From Stegostoma tigrinum (Eukaryota): DNA of 64,000 bases. The translations under genes were made by a program, and so were the position numbers. The stretch spans positions 83,041,678 to 83,105,677 of the forward strand of contig NC_081363.1 of assembly GCF_030684315.1 (NCBI RefSeq), written 5' to 3'. Of the stretch, positions 26,244 through 38,130 are shown one piece after another. How positions within the stretch are numbered: the stretch's first letter is position 1; every line of letters begins with the position of its first letter. The notes below the pieces were generated by a model, which did not search any database, was not told where the DNA came from, and was given only the letters and a program-made list of their open reading frames with translations.

Positions 26244-28154
26244 AGCATATTTACATTGCTTACCTAAATCCTGAGAAGCAACATACAATAACTGAGCAAG
26301 TAGCTAGGCCATTCTAACCGTAATAAAGTAGGACAACTATCTCGCATTCATCCGTGCTCTGGCTTCCATCAAAAGCTGTCCTTCAATAAAATTGGTATTA
26401 AACCCGAGTTCACGAGAATCTATAATAAAAGCAAAATATTTTAATTGCGATTGTTAGCCCAAGACTCATCTCAAACTGAAGTCTCCTAAGTACTCCTTTT
26501 TTGTTGTTACGTTAGTCACGAGTTCATTGTTTTCTTCCGTTTTAAAAAAGAGAAGTTTTAGGAAATATTTGATGGAGGGGTTCCCAGCCACTGTTCCTTC
26601 GAAATTGGCAGAAGGCTCAGTAACCAGAAGATACAGTAGTATTATTTTACACTTCTGAAGCAGGTAGGGCTTGAATCCGAGTCACCTGGCTCAGTGGCAG
26701 GGACAATACCACTTCGTTTCAAGATACAGATTTGGGATGATTAGCAGAAGGATTAGACTGGACATGTTCCTTATTAACGCGGCGAAGTGTAATGACTTGC
26801 ATGGTTCTAACTGAAAGGCAGCAGATTTTTTTATAAATTATATTGGGTAAACGTTCTAACGGAAAACAGAAAGTTGAGAAAGTAAGAGAAGTGGGAGTGG
26901 GATCAGTTGAGAAGCTCTACCAAACATCAGCACAAGCAGGAAGGATCGAATGATCTCGTTATTTGCTTTGTGACTGCATTCTACATTAAGTTAGCACCTG
27001 CTGCTGTCAATAATGCTCTCATTAAACGAATAAATTGAAATTATAAATCGTGGAACAATTCATTTATTTTTAGTTGCTTATAAATGCCCACGTTGACCGC
27101 TTAGCAGGATTGGTTAGAGGCAGCGCATTACTCCATTAAATTGAGCAATTTTGCAACACTACAAGTTGAAGAGCATTTGGGTTTATGGGACAAGTTCTGA
27201 GCTGAGTAACTTTCTATTCTTCACAATCGACATCATATGTACGTTTGTTTTTGTAAACGTTTGATCACAACTATTATTTTTCAGTCCTCGTATTATAAAT
27301 AAAGCAACATGAACATTTTGACACTTCACCTTATCAAGGGATGCCCCAGTCTATCTTACAAGTCTTTAAATTGTCACGAAAGTAAGCAAACTATCCAACT
27401 TAGATCACTGGAGAATGCTATCATTGCATCTTCCGATTACGCTATTTTTACTATTCAAACAGCTCTTACAAACAGATTCGGCATCCTAAGTGAGGTCTTA
27501 ATGCTCAGTAGACTCGTGGAAGATAGTACTACACGGATGGGTAGCAATTGAATACGGCATTTCTCTGACTGATCCTGAAACGAAATGGTATTTTACCTGC
27601 CTCTGAGCCCGGTGGCTCTGGTTTATGTCCTACCTGCTGCAGAGGCGCATAATAATATTACTGAACAGGTTAATTAGGAAATATTCATGTGGAACTCCTG
27701 CAGCAATACGAACTAATGACAGCACAGTCTTCCCCGTATCTTTGGGTCACCTTACTTGTTTTCAATTCAGTCACTCTTACATTTACTCTAGGCGCAGTCT
27801 GTTCTTATTTTCTTTCCGAAGATTTGTAGAAATTGCCTTTTGCTTGAAGTATTTTACTCCAGACCCGATTCCCATCTCTCGAGCTCACCTGCCTGACCAC
27901 ATGTCATCCTTTAAAAATAAATGACAGGCCGACTGCTTTGTTGTTGCATTATTTTATTCACGAGCGGAAGGAAGGAATCGGTGATTTGTCAACAGATGCA
28001 AACAATCGCCGGGGCTTCACGTTGTCCATAGTCTGTGGGGTATTTGCATTTCTGTCTCCTCGAGTCTCGGGGCTTTAAAAGAAACCATCTAAATGCAGAC
28101 TGTTTTGAAGTGCAACATGAAACTGAACTCTTTTCCAATACTTTGTGTAAATAT

Positions 28155-28469
28155 GTGGGTGTATCTCTCTGTCTGAGCGCGTGCCTGCTTGTGTGTGTCT
28201 GCGTGTACCTGGGTGTGTCGATGTGCGTGTATCAGTGTTTGCGTGAGTACCGCTGTGACTGTGTGCGTGTTTGTGCCTGCCAATGTGGCTTGTCAACATA
28301 TCGCTGTGAGCGTGAATGTGAGTGAATGAGTCTGTGTGTCTGAGCTTGTGTCTATATTTGTGAGTATATGTGTATGAGTGAGTACATTTGTGTGCGCTAT
28401 GTGTATGTCAATCTGTGTCTCTATATGCATGTATGTCTATGCGTCTGTGTCTGTGCACTTGTCTGAGTC

Positions 28470-28521
<52 letters not shown>

Positions 28522-28535
28522 TTCTCGCGCGCGCG
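28155..28535. repeat. (GT)n microsatellite with degenerate flank and short (CG)n
   Basis: Near-perfect GT run ~28477-28522 followed by CGCGCGCGCG. Confidence 0.9.
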
Positions 28536-28826
28536 CTCTTCTGCTTATGTTTCAATCTGCGTCAACTGTTTCGGACTGAAATGAGGAGGAATTTCTTCTC
28601 TTCACTCAAAAGGCAATTCTCTACCCCATAGAGCTGTGTAAACTCACTCATTCGGCATAGTCAACATGAATATCGATACATTTCCAGTTACTAATGCCAT
28701 CAAAGGACATGGGCATAGTGGGGAATACGATGTTGAGGTCGGTGATCGGTCATCTAGGATGACAGAACAGTCTCCATAGGCTGAATAAGGCAATGAGATG
28801 TAGAAAGAGAAGTGGTCTATTTGACA

Positions 28827-28959
28827 GGAGATAATGGGAACTGCAGATGCTGGAGAATCTGAGATAACAAAGTGTGGAGCTGGATGAACACAGCAGGCCA
28901 AGCAGCATCTGTGCTCCTAAGATGCTGCTTGGCCTGCTGTGTTCATATAGCTCCACGCT
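28827..28959. mobile_element. Palindromic PLE terminal-repeat insertion with 14 bp TSD
   Basis: TGGTCTATTTGACA at 28813-28826 and 28960-28973. Confidence 0.9.
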
Positions 28960-29039
28960 TGGTCTATTTGACAAAACTGCCATGTTCTTCCTTGCTCATA
29001 TAACCAGTCTATATCCCCCTGTACTCTTTCTGTGTCATC

Positions 29040-29760
29040 CCCACCACTTGCCTTCCTGCTTGTTGTTTCTGTCATCTATTAACGTGGTGATAGTACTTCC
29101 TTCAAATGTATGCAACCAACTGTGACTCCAACACTGATCCTTGTGAACTCTACTAGTTACAGTTTGCAATCCTGAACTTTCCCCCTTTAGCCTATCCCTT
29201 TGTCTTTTATTAGTTAGCAGTTTCTCGAATCGTGCTTAATATGTTACCCCAACACCATGGGCTTTAACCCTAAAGGTTAGTCTTATGTGCAATACCTTAC
29301 AAAATTCTTCTTGGAAATACAGATATATCCCATCTACTGGTTCCCCTTGATCTATCCTGCTCGTTATTTCTTCAGAAGATTTGAATACATTTTCAGGCAT
29401 GATTTCCTTTTCATGTAGCCATTCTGACTCTGTTTTGCCATGTGATGCAATTCGAAATGCTCTGCTATTACATGCTTTATAGACTCTTTCTGTAATGGCA
29501 GATTTTAGGATAAGTGGCCTACAGATTCTTGTGTTCATCCTCCTTTGTTTTAAACTAAGTGCTTTATGTTGGCAGTTTTTCAATCCTCTGGGGCAGTTTC
29601 AGTATCTAAGGACTCTTGGAAATTTATTATCAAAGCACGCTTTTTTTCTGTAGCTACTTCCTTTGCTATTCTCAGATGCAACCTATCGGGGAATTTATTG
29701 GACACTGGCTCCATTACTTTCCTTAATACATTTTCTACAGTGATAATCACTGTACTTACT
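29040..29760 (-). mobile_element. Degraded CR1 RT fragment
   Basis: EEITSRIDQGEPVDGIYLYFQEEFCKVLH..KAHGV. Confidence 0.75.
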
Positions 29761-30151
29761 TTCTTTCCTTTTATTCCTGCGAGGGCAAGAATGTTGTACC
29801 CATATTTCTATGTTCCTAAACTGGGAGTTGATTGTATCCAAAATATCAGTTTTCATTCTGCATTAGTGTACAAATTACATTTACAATTTGATAAGGAGAG
29901 GAATGGGATGAACTCAAAAAATTGTAAAAGAGGCAATACCTTAGGGCGAGTAGGTGAGTAAGAATAATTTCATTACGTTCCACATTACATGGGACAGCTG
30001 ATATTGTTCGACCGCCCGACTGGCCCCCTTTTGTGCCGTGACCATGTTGCGTGAGAAGTATGTGCGTTGCACAACCTCAGGACAAGGCTCTCATTCATTT
30101 AGGACTGAAATTAGGGAAAATTCCTTCACTCAGAGTTGTGAATTTTTGTAG

Positions 30152-30381
30152 AAATCGTAAGAACTGACGATGCTGGAGTCAGAGATAACACAGTGTGGAG
30201 CTGGAGGAGCACAGCGGGCCAGGTAACATCAGAGGGGCCGGAAAATTGACGTTTCGGGTCAGGATCCTTCCTGAAAATCAGACCTTTTTGAAGAACGGTC
30301 CTGACGCGAAAAGCCAATTTTCCTACTCCTCTGATGCTGCCTAGCCCGCTGTGCTGCTCCAGCTCCACACTGCATTATCTA
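30152..30381. mobile_element. Older palindromic PLE insertion within a CR1 3' fragment, 13 bp TSD
   Basis: TGAATTTTTG(T/C)AG at 30139-30151 and 30382-30394; mirrored arms. Confidence 0.8.
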
Positions 30382-33300
30382 TGAATTTTTGCAGTTGTTC
30401 ACCTCAGAAGATAGTGGATGCTCCATTATTGAATATTTCACAGCTGTGGTTTTTAAATAGATTTTTAATCTCTTGGGGAGTAGAGAGGTGCAAAGAGTGG
30501 GCAAGCAAGTGGAATTGAGATAAAAGATCAGTCACCGTCCAGTTGTATTGAGGAGGTTCCAGGCATAGAAGAGCTGTTATTTCATATTTCTACTGTCAGG
30601 GCGGGGAGGGGCTATAAAATAGGAGTTTGAGGGAATTGTTTTTGTCCTGTGGTTCACCAGTCACGGTATTTTAGGAAGCGACTATGGACGTCACCACGGA
30701 CATGACCTAAAATATTTTTTCAATTATGTTTGTTATCTTAACCTATTCTGAGCACTGAAAAGTTTTGTTATTCTACAGTGGATGCGGCTAGCGGCAAATA
30801 TGGACTTTAAGGATTATAGCTTTCATTTGTGATACAGACTTGGCTACAGATCTGATGCCAACAAGTAGATTTCCATAAACTAGTATTTTGAACTGGATAA
30901 TGATCCAGAGAATGAAATAACCAACTTCTTGTTAACAACGCGAGGTTTCAAGGTGATCCTAAGTAAACCATCTGAGCTATGCAGCTTCCGTTTTTTTTAT
31001 TTTATCAAATGATGTGGCTTATCTGAAAAACTGAATGAAACGGGTGTGTTTTTTGTGCATGTTGATAGCATAGTTGTTTCTTTGAATGGCTGTCGTTTTG
31101 TGAATGACGCACAACCAATGAACTTTTTTTTCATTTCGAGGTCACTGCACACTTCTTATCGGAAAATGTTCTGTGCACTCAGCACTAGTTCACGAGGTTC
31201 TAACGTTTTCAAAGTAAGTGCGTTCAACTTGTTCCGGGTCGGTGGAGTTTTCTTTTCTCATTTACCACAGTGTCTCCTGTAATATAAGCAACATCTGCGA
31301 TCATTTTGTCTTGTTCCACTACACATCTCAGCTGTTAACAGTGTTTGTGAAATTTGCTGTAATATGCAGAAATGTTTTTAAATGACTAAAGTTTCTTCCG
31401 GACCAAGTAACGATGGCAATGAAGTTCAGCAGCTTCACAGGAGAATTGGTTCCGAGAGATGACTCGACCAGGGGCTTTAAGAATGTTGGTGTGATTTTCT
31501 GCAAGGATTTACTCTGTAATTGAGTTGGAAATTCACCTCGTAATGTCTCAGCAAATTGGTCACTATCTGTCGCTAGGTCGGCTGTTCCAGATGAATAAAT
31601 CTGAGATGTAATGGTCCTCGCAGATTGGAATGAGGTGGGGTGAGGGGAGGGATTACTTGGTGTTTGTAATCAGAATGAAGAGCCAGTGGCACTATTTTCC
31701 AATTTCATAAAGAGGAAATGAACTAATGCAAAATTAATGTGAGTTTTATACCTGCTGTTGGCCTCAGCTTGGGCAGTAAGACTGACATTGAAATACACAC
31801 GAGCACGCAAGTGTTGTCAGAACTCCACAATCAAAACTGAGGTGAATTTTATTTCTCCAAATAAACGCATTTAAGATACCGTCCTCAAGTCTCCAAAGTA
31901 GTTATATCAGTTTTTAAGACATTCAGTACATGTCCTAACAGTCTACACATTATTTCAAGCTAAGTGAAATCATCCAGACATAGTGAAAATACAACTTATT
32001 TCTGGTAATGTCTCGAGGACTCTGGGTAGTGATGATGTCGCTGGACTGGTAATTCAGAGTCCCAAACTAATTCATTGTGGACATGAGTTTATATCTGCCT
32101 GCTGTAGGTGGTGAAATTTGAATTCAATAAAATACAAAATACATTAATGGCAAGTCTAACGCCAACACTGTTTTGAAGTGAATAGATGGGACTTGGTGCA
32201 ATCTCAGGCCTTGACAGAAAAGCTGTGGATCTAACATCTACGTAAGGTGGGAAACCTACTAGAAAAGCATTGCAATAGTCTTGTTCCAAAAAAAATGCAA
32301 CAGTCAGGCGAAGACAAGGGTAGATAAAAGTTTGCAAAGTTGGAAGAAAACAGTATTATTGATGAAGCCAATAGATCACCACAGTGTTAAACAGAGACCC
32401 ATGTGAGCAAGTTGTATGTTTCATCCTCAGACTTCCTGGCAAGGATAGGAATGGAGTTCGTGACTAGAATAGATATTTAGAAAAACAGAAGGCCCAAAAT
32501 TCTTGATAGTTTGTTTGATAAAGTTTATTTTCATCCAGCGGTAGTTGTCGAAGAAGCAGCGTGACAGCTCGAAGACGTGATATAAAGAGCTGGTGATAAG
32601 GTAGATCTGTTTTCCAGCATTGTTCAGGTAAAATACCCGTAATTTTTGCAAAAGTCATACAATAGCAGTAGGTTGGGAGGGACGATAGATTGGTTCTTGG
32701 AATACTCGAGCAGTATTGATACAGAATAAGGAGGAGAAGCAGTGCAGGATATCCCCCGACTGTCGCTGGATGTGTTGGGATGAAACATGATGCAGGCTGT
32801 CTCTGCTAGCTGGAAAACAGAGAAGGCATTGAAAGAAGATTGTGTGATTAACCATCTGAATCTGCAGTTTCTTCATTCTTTAAACAGGATTGTGTATTGA
32901 AAGTGAATAAAAGGTTGTCAGGGTTAGGCAAGAATTTCGAATTCAAAACACAGGCAGATCAGTCATTATCTTATGGAATGATGCAGCTGGGCCTCGGAGG
33001 CCAGATAGCCCATTTCTTCTGACTTGTGTTCAGTTAATTCATTTGTTAGTTAGATGTAACTCAACGTCATCAATTTTGAGAAGAATTGCATCCAGACCCA
33101 GAGAACCACAATTAGAAATGTGCAACCATTGCTCAAGGTAAACACAATTCTTTAAAGATGCTCGCACAGCATAAATTACACGGTTGCACGATGGTGTACA
33201 ATATTAATTTGAAGGTACCTGTGCTGAACAACATATTTAATTCCAAGCCATTTCTTCCAGCAAGGTATTCCTTGCTCAGATTTGACAGTTGTGAAACTTT

Positions 33301-33582
33301 ATGTGTACTAATAAATCAGAATTAATGACTTCAGGCCAGAATACCTTTGCTAATTGTATTGAATTTAATACGCTGCTGGAAGGCTGTGTATCCAAATTTC
33401 CACTTATAAAATAAAATATTCAGTAGGACATATGTCCACTGCAGTGTTTATTCGGCCAGTTCGACAATTAGTAGTATGCTTTAGATTGTATGTTCTGACT
33501 GAGCCTCTAACATGTTCTAGGCTAACGCAATTGCCACAGACGTACAAATTGTCAAGCCCAAGCCAGCAAGGACATAAATGGG

Positions 33583-33870
33583 ACGGCACAGCGGCTAGCA
33601 ATGTTGCCTCACAGCGCCAAGGACCCGGGATCGATTCTAGCCTCCGGCGACTGTCTGTGTGGAGTTTGCACGTTCTCCCCGTGTCTGTGTGGGTTTCCTC
33701 TCAGAGTCCAAAGATGTGCAGTCTGGGTGGATTGGCCACGCTAAATTACCCGTAGTGTTCGGGTATGTGCGTTATAGGTGGACAAGTTGGGGTGGGATGC
33801 TCCACGGGTCGGTGTGGGCTTGTTGGGCAGAAGAACCTGTTTCCATGCTGTAGGGATTCTATGGTTCTAT
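33583..33870 (+). mobile_element. HE1-like V-SINE
   Basis: GCCTCACAGCGCCAAGGACCCGGGATCGATTC..GTGTGGAGTTTGCACGTTCTCCCCGTGTCTG..GGATTCTATG tail. Confidence 0.9.
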
Positions 33871-35658
33871 GAATGTGCCGCCTTAAACAATAAAAGATTT
33901 GGTGTCCTTACAGCATGTTATAAACTTCAGTTCAATCGCTTTATCCCAGTTCCTTATGGATCTCATGATGAGCTGCAATCTGCCCGATCCTTTACAATCT
34001 CATTAGTATCGCTGTGTATGGCCTGAGATATCACTACGACTGAAGGAGAGTCTGGGAGACGTTACTTTCTTACAGCCATTGGTAACTGCTATTGTCATCA
34101 ACACAATAATTAAATGGAGTCTCTAATTCAGGACTTCTTTTAGCGACAGGATTGCATCCACTACGTCAGCTCACTGTCAGCTTTTGCAGAAAAGACGTGC
34201 AAAATTAAAGATATCTTCTTTCAATTGTATAGACTTTTTGTGAGACGTGCCTGGAGTATTGCGTTGAGTTTTAGTCTCTTCATCTAAGGAAGTTTATATT
34301 TGTGTTACCATTAGGGTAGCACGCCTTAAATCGAGTTCCTCTCTTCCTAGAATCATATCAAATGTTAAAGTTTCTTTCTTGTGAAATGTGCACAGTACCC
34401 CAATTTTCCTGGCTTTCAGATAAAGGTTGATAGAATGCACGGGCAGGTTTCTATACTAAGCAAGAATTATCACCTATTATAAGTAATTTGTGACAACAGG
34501 TAAACAGATATAAACCATTGACATCTAACGCTACTAACTGAAACTCTATTCCACTTATAAAGTCACCCTACACACAGAGGTAAACAAATAAGGAAAATAG
34601 ATCATTGGTGGAGGTAGAAATACTGGAAGATTAGTTCAGTGGCCTTTACTTCCTGTTTCCAATGTAGGAATAATTCTTCTTCAGTTGGTCAGGTGTAATT
34701 CTCTGGATGTTCCACTGGTCTGTAAGAACCACAAACCAATTCATTCACGTGAAAATGTCTCCGGTTGCTTACAATTAAAAAGCTGCAGCTTACTGCCAGT
34801 GCCGCAAGAAAGGCAATTGGTTTTCTTCAGGTTTAAACCAACCTTTTGACTTCATAGAACAAGTGGCCTCTGGTCAGGGAGAAGATCAGTATTTTTTTCT
34901 CTTTCTGTCTCAGGAATTTGCATCGAGCTCCAAGCTTCTCAGCCCGCGAGAACTAATCACACAGTTATTGGTAAGCAAAAGGTTACTGTTATTAATAACT
35001 AGTCACCAGTCCATAGACGAATCAACTGCATCTAAATACAAAACCCTCTGCTCGTCTTCATCTGCAAGTCAAACTTTAAATACTGCTGATCATTAAAAAT
35101 GGTGTTTAACAATGCTTGCCATGGGTACTTGATTGCTACCTTTTCAAAACATGTAGCACCCTAAAAATATCTTTCTGTTTTCAGTGCACAGTTTTATAAA
35201 GAAAACACAAAGATAACTAGATATGGTCCTTACCCTTGCCATGGAAAAAGTGCAATTGAGGATCAGCAGACTAATTCCCGTGGCAGTAAGATTGTTCTAC
35301 ATTGAGGAGATTGGACTTTTATTCTCTGGAATTTAAAAAAAATGAAAGGTTGAAACAGATAGTCTTTGAAATTCTGAAACCTGAAGTGGTGTAATAGCTC
35401 AACCATTCTCCGAGTTCAATGCAAAGATTGACAAATTTCTAATGCTTAATGGCATCAAGGGGAATGCAAGAAAATTGTAAAGAGATGATCGATCGGGCAT
35501 AATCTAGAATGATGGAACTGGTTTGAATGGTCCACTTGGACTACAAATACATTCGTGCCTCTTTCTTAGTCAATGGGATTCATCTGCTTTCAGTTGGAAT
35601 CTTCTTCTGGGAATCCAAGTCAATCAGAGTCTTAAAACTGCCGAACTCAGTTGGTGGA

Positions 35659-35778
35659 TGTAGGGTCTAGGCCCGAAACGCCAGCTTTTATGCTCCTAAG
35701 ATGCTGCTTGGCCTGCTGTGTTCATCCAGTTCCACACTTTGTTATCTCGGATTCTCCAGCATCTGCAGTTCACATTAT
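35659..35778 (+). mobile_element. PLE terminal repeat with 13 bp TSD
   Basis: CTCAGTTGGT(G/A)GA at 35646-35658 and 35779-35791. Confidence 0.85.
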
Positions 35779-37955
35779 CTCAGTTGGTAGAAAGAACACT
35801 TTTCTATATACAGTCTTTGAAGACACAAATAATGCAGTCAAACGTAACTATTTTATTGAAGAGCACACTAACACTTTTCTGAGCATTTAATTCAAAGTAA
35901 GGAATATATATAGGAATAGACAAAACTTCATAGCAGAGAAGGCAGCCTTTCTTAATGCTATTCATATTCCTTAAGCCCATACTGACTTCTATCTCATTTA
36001 CTGTACTACTTTCACCTGATATCTCTGACATTTTACCAAATATCATTGTTTAGCCAAAGACGTGAAATTATGCAGTTTGGTTTGGCATGCAGAATGGACT
36101 CAGATCACAGCATTACCTTTACTTCTTCGGGGAAAGAAAAGCTTTGTTCTGGTACATAGAACGATTCAATGCATCGATATCCTGTGATTTACATGTGCAG
36201 TGTATTGTCCCAACAGGAAAGTAAAGTGGCTCCCAGCAGTTTACTAGTACTCTCTTCCTCCCTAAGCCTCATTTCAGTTTCTGAATTCTGGATTACATGT
36301 ACCTACGGACTCCACTGATTCTGCGTTGTTTGCCATTGGCCTCTCGGAATGCTAATGTTACATAACATAGACATTACTCCATAATATCTCGTCTGAAACC
36401 TAACTTGTTCCAGAGCTGTGCAGGCATCTAAACCTGTTTCATCACTTTCAATAATCTACTCGCTTAACGTTCCCAAATGCATCAGGTGTGATTTGCAGAA
36501 TTATTTTTATCGCCAATCGTTAACAACGTGGTTTCAATACGTTCACTGAACAAACTGCAAACTATAGGTCAGACTCATTATGCACCTTCTCTTTCTGGGG
36601 CGCCTCATTTTTACTGCATCCGTTATTGTATATTCAACTGACGAATTCTTCGTGCGTGGCATTTGCTTTGCCAATGCGACCTCGCAGCGTCTAAAGTGCG
36701 TCATTAAAATTAATTGCACTTTCGACCCTTGCTGTATGCTAAAATACGTGTAAAGTGCCAGAAAGCACGCGCCACTTCCGTCGCGTGTATGTGATTCTGT
36801 GCCATACTGACTGAATGCGACGTAATGTTTGAGTTAAGCATACGCTTAGCCCTGTCATTCTCCTGTGAACAAGAGCACAAGCGTTTTGTGTGCGCACGGC
36901 GGCTACCTATGATGTTAACTAAATAACTAGGAAGATGAAGAGTGGTGCTGGGGAACGCAAATGGGATGGTGACAGATGAGTGCTGGTAGGCAGTGGTGGG
37001 GATTGGTCAGTGAAGTGGGAGGAGCGGATAGGTGGGAGATGAGATGGACAGGTTGTGTCAGGTCAAGGAAGCGGGGATGAGGGGGATTGGTCATGCGATG
37101 AGGCCGGGGGGTGATGGTGAGGAGATTCTGAAACTGGTAAAGTCCACATTTAGACCATTGGGCTGTAGGATCCCGAGGCAGAACATGAAGTGCTGCTCCT
37201 CCAGTTTCCGGGTGGCGCCATTGTGACACAGAAAGAGGCTCAGAATGGACACGTCATCCAGGGAGTGAGAGAAGGAGTTGAAGCGATTCGCGACCGGAAG
37301 GTGTTGACGAACCTCTGTCTGATGTGAATGGTTTGTTTGGTGCCATGTATGGAGGTGAGGGTGGAGAAGTAGGGGCAGGTGTAGCACTTCCTGTGGTTGC
37401 AGGTAAAGGTGCCTGGGGTGGCAGGGCTAGTGGGAGTGTGTGGAGCGGCCGAGGAAGTCACTGGGGGAGCGGATCTTACGAATGGCAGATTGGGGTGGGG
37501 AGGGAACTATATCTTTGGCAGTGAATTCAAATTGCAGGAGACGAAAATGGCGGAGATTGATAAATTGGGTACGGAGGTTAGTGGGCATATCACCCAAGTA
37601 AACTCCGTATCCAACATATCATTCTCTGCCACTTCCGCCACTTGCACTCTGCCCCGCAACCAAAGATATGTGTCCCTCCTAACCCCTTCCATAGGGACCA
37701 CTGTCTCCGTGACTCCCTGGTCCGCTCCAGACTCCCCATTAGCCCCACCACCTCCCTCCCCTCGAACCTTTCCCTGCAACTACAGGAAGTGCTACCTCTG
37801 CCCCTAACCTTCCCCCTGCCTCCATCCAAGGTACCAAACAAACCTTTCACATCAGACAGAGATAATGGGAACTGCAGATGCTGGAGAATCCAAGATAATA
37901 AAATGTGAGGCTGGATGAACACAGCAGGCCAAGCAGCATCTCAGGAGCACAAAAG

Positions 37956-37985
37956 CTGACGTTTCGGGCCTAGACCCTTCATCAG
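37956..37985 (-). ncRNA. Minimal hammerhead ribozyme motif
   Basis: Reverse complement reads CUGAUGA-A-GGGUCUAGGCCC-GAAA-C-GUC-AG. Confidence 0.65.
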
Positions 37986-38100
37986 AGAGGGGGATGGGGT
38001 GAGGGTTCTGGAATAAATAGGGAGAGAGGGGGAGGCGGATCTTCAGTCCGCCTCCCCCTCGCTCCCTATTTATTCCAGAACCCTCACCCCATCCCCCTCT

Positions 38101-38130
38101 CTGATGAAGGGTCTAGGCCCGAAACGTCAG
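38101..38130 (+). ncRNA. Minimal hammerhead ribozyme motif
   Basis: CTGATGA-A-GGGTCTAGGCCC-GAAA-C-GTC-AG. Confidence 0.65.

Noticed and set aside
28035-28584. Cys/Val-rich ORFs (also 44423-44899)
   Set aside because: They are translations of GT microsatellites.
36600-36900. Locally CpG-rich unique segment, possible enhancer
   Set aside because: No structure or paralogous match visible; cannot be supported without conservation data.
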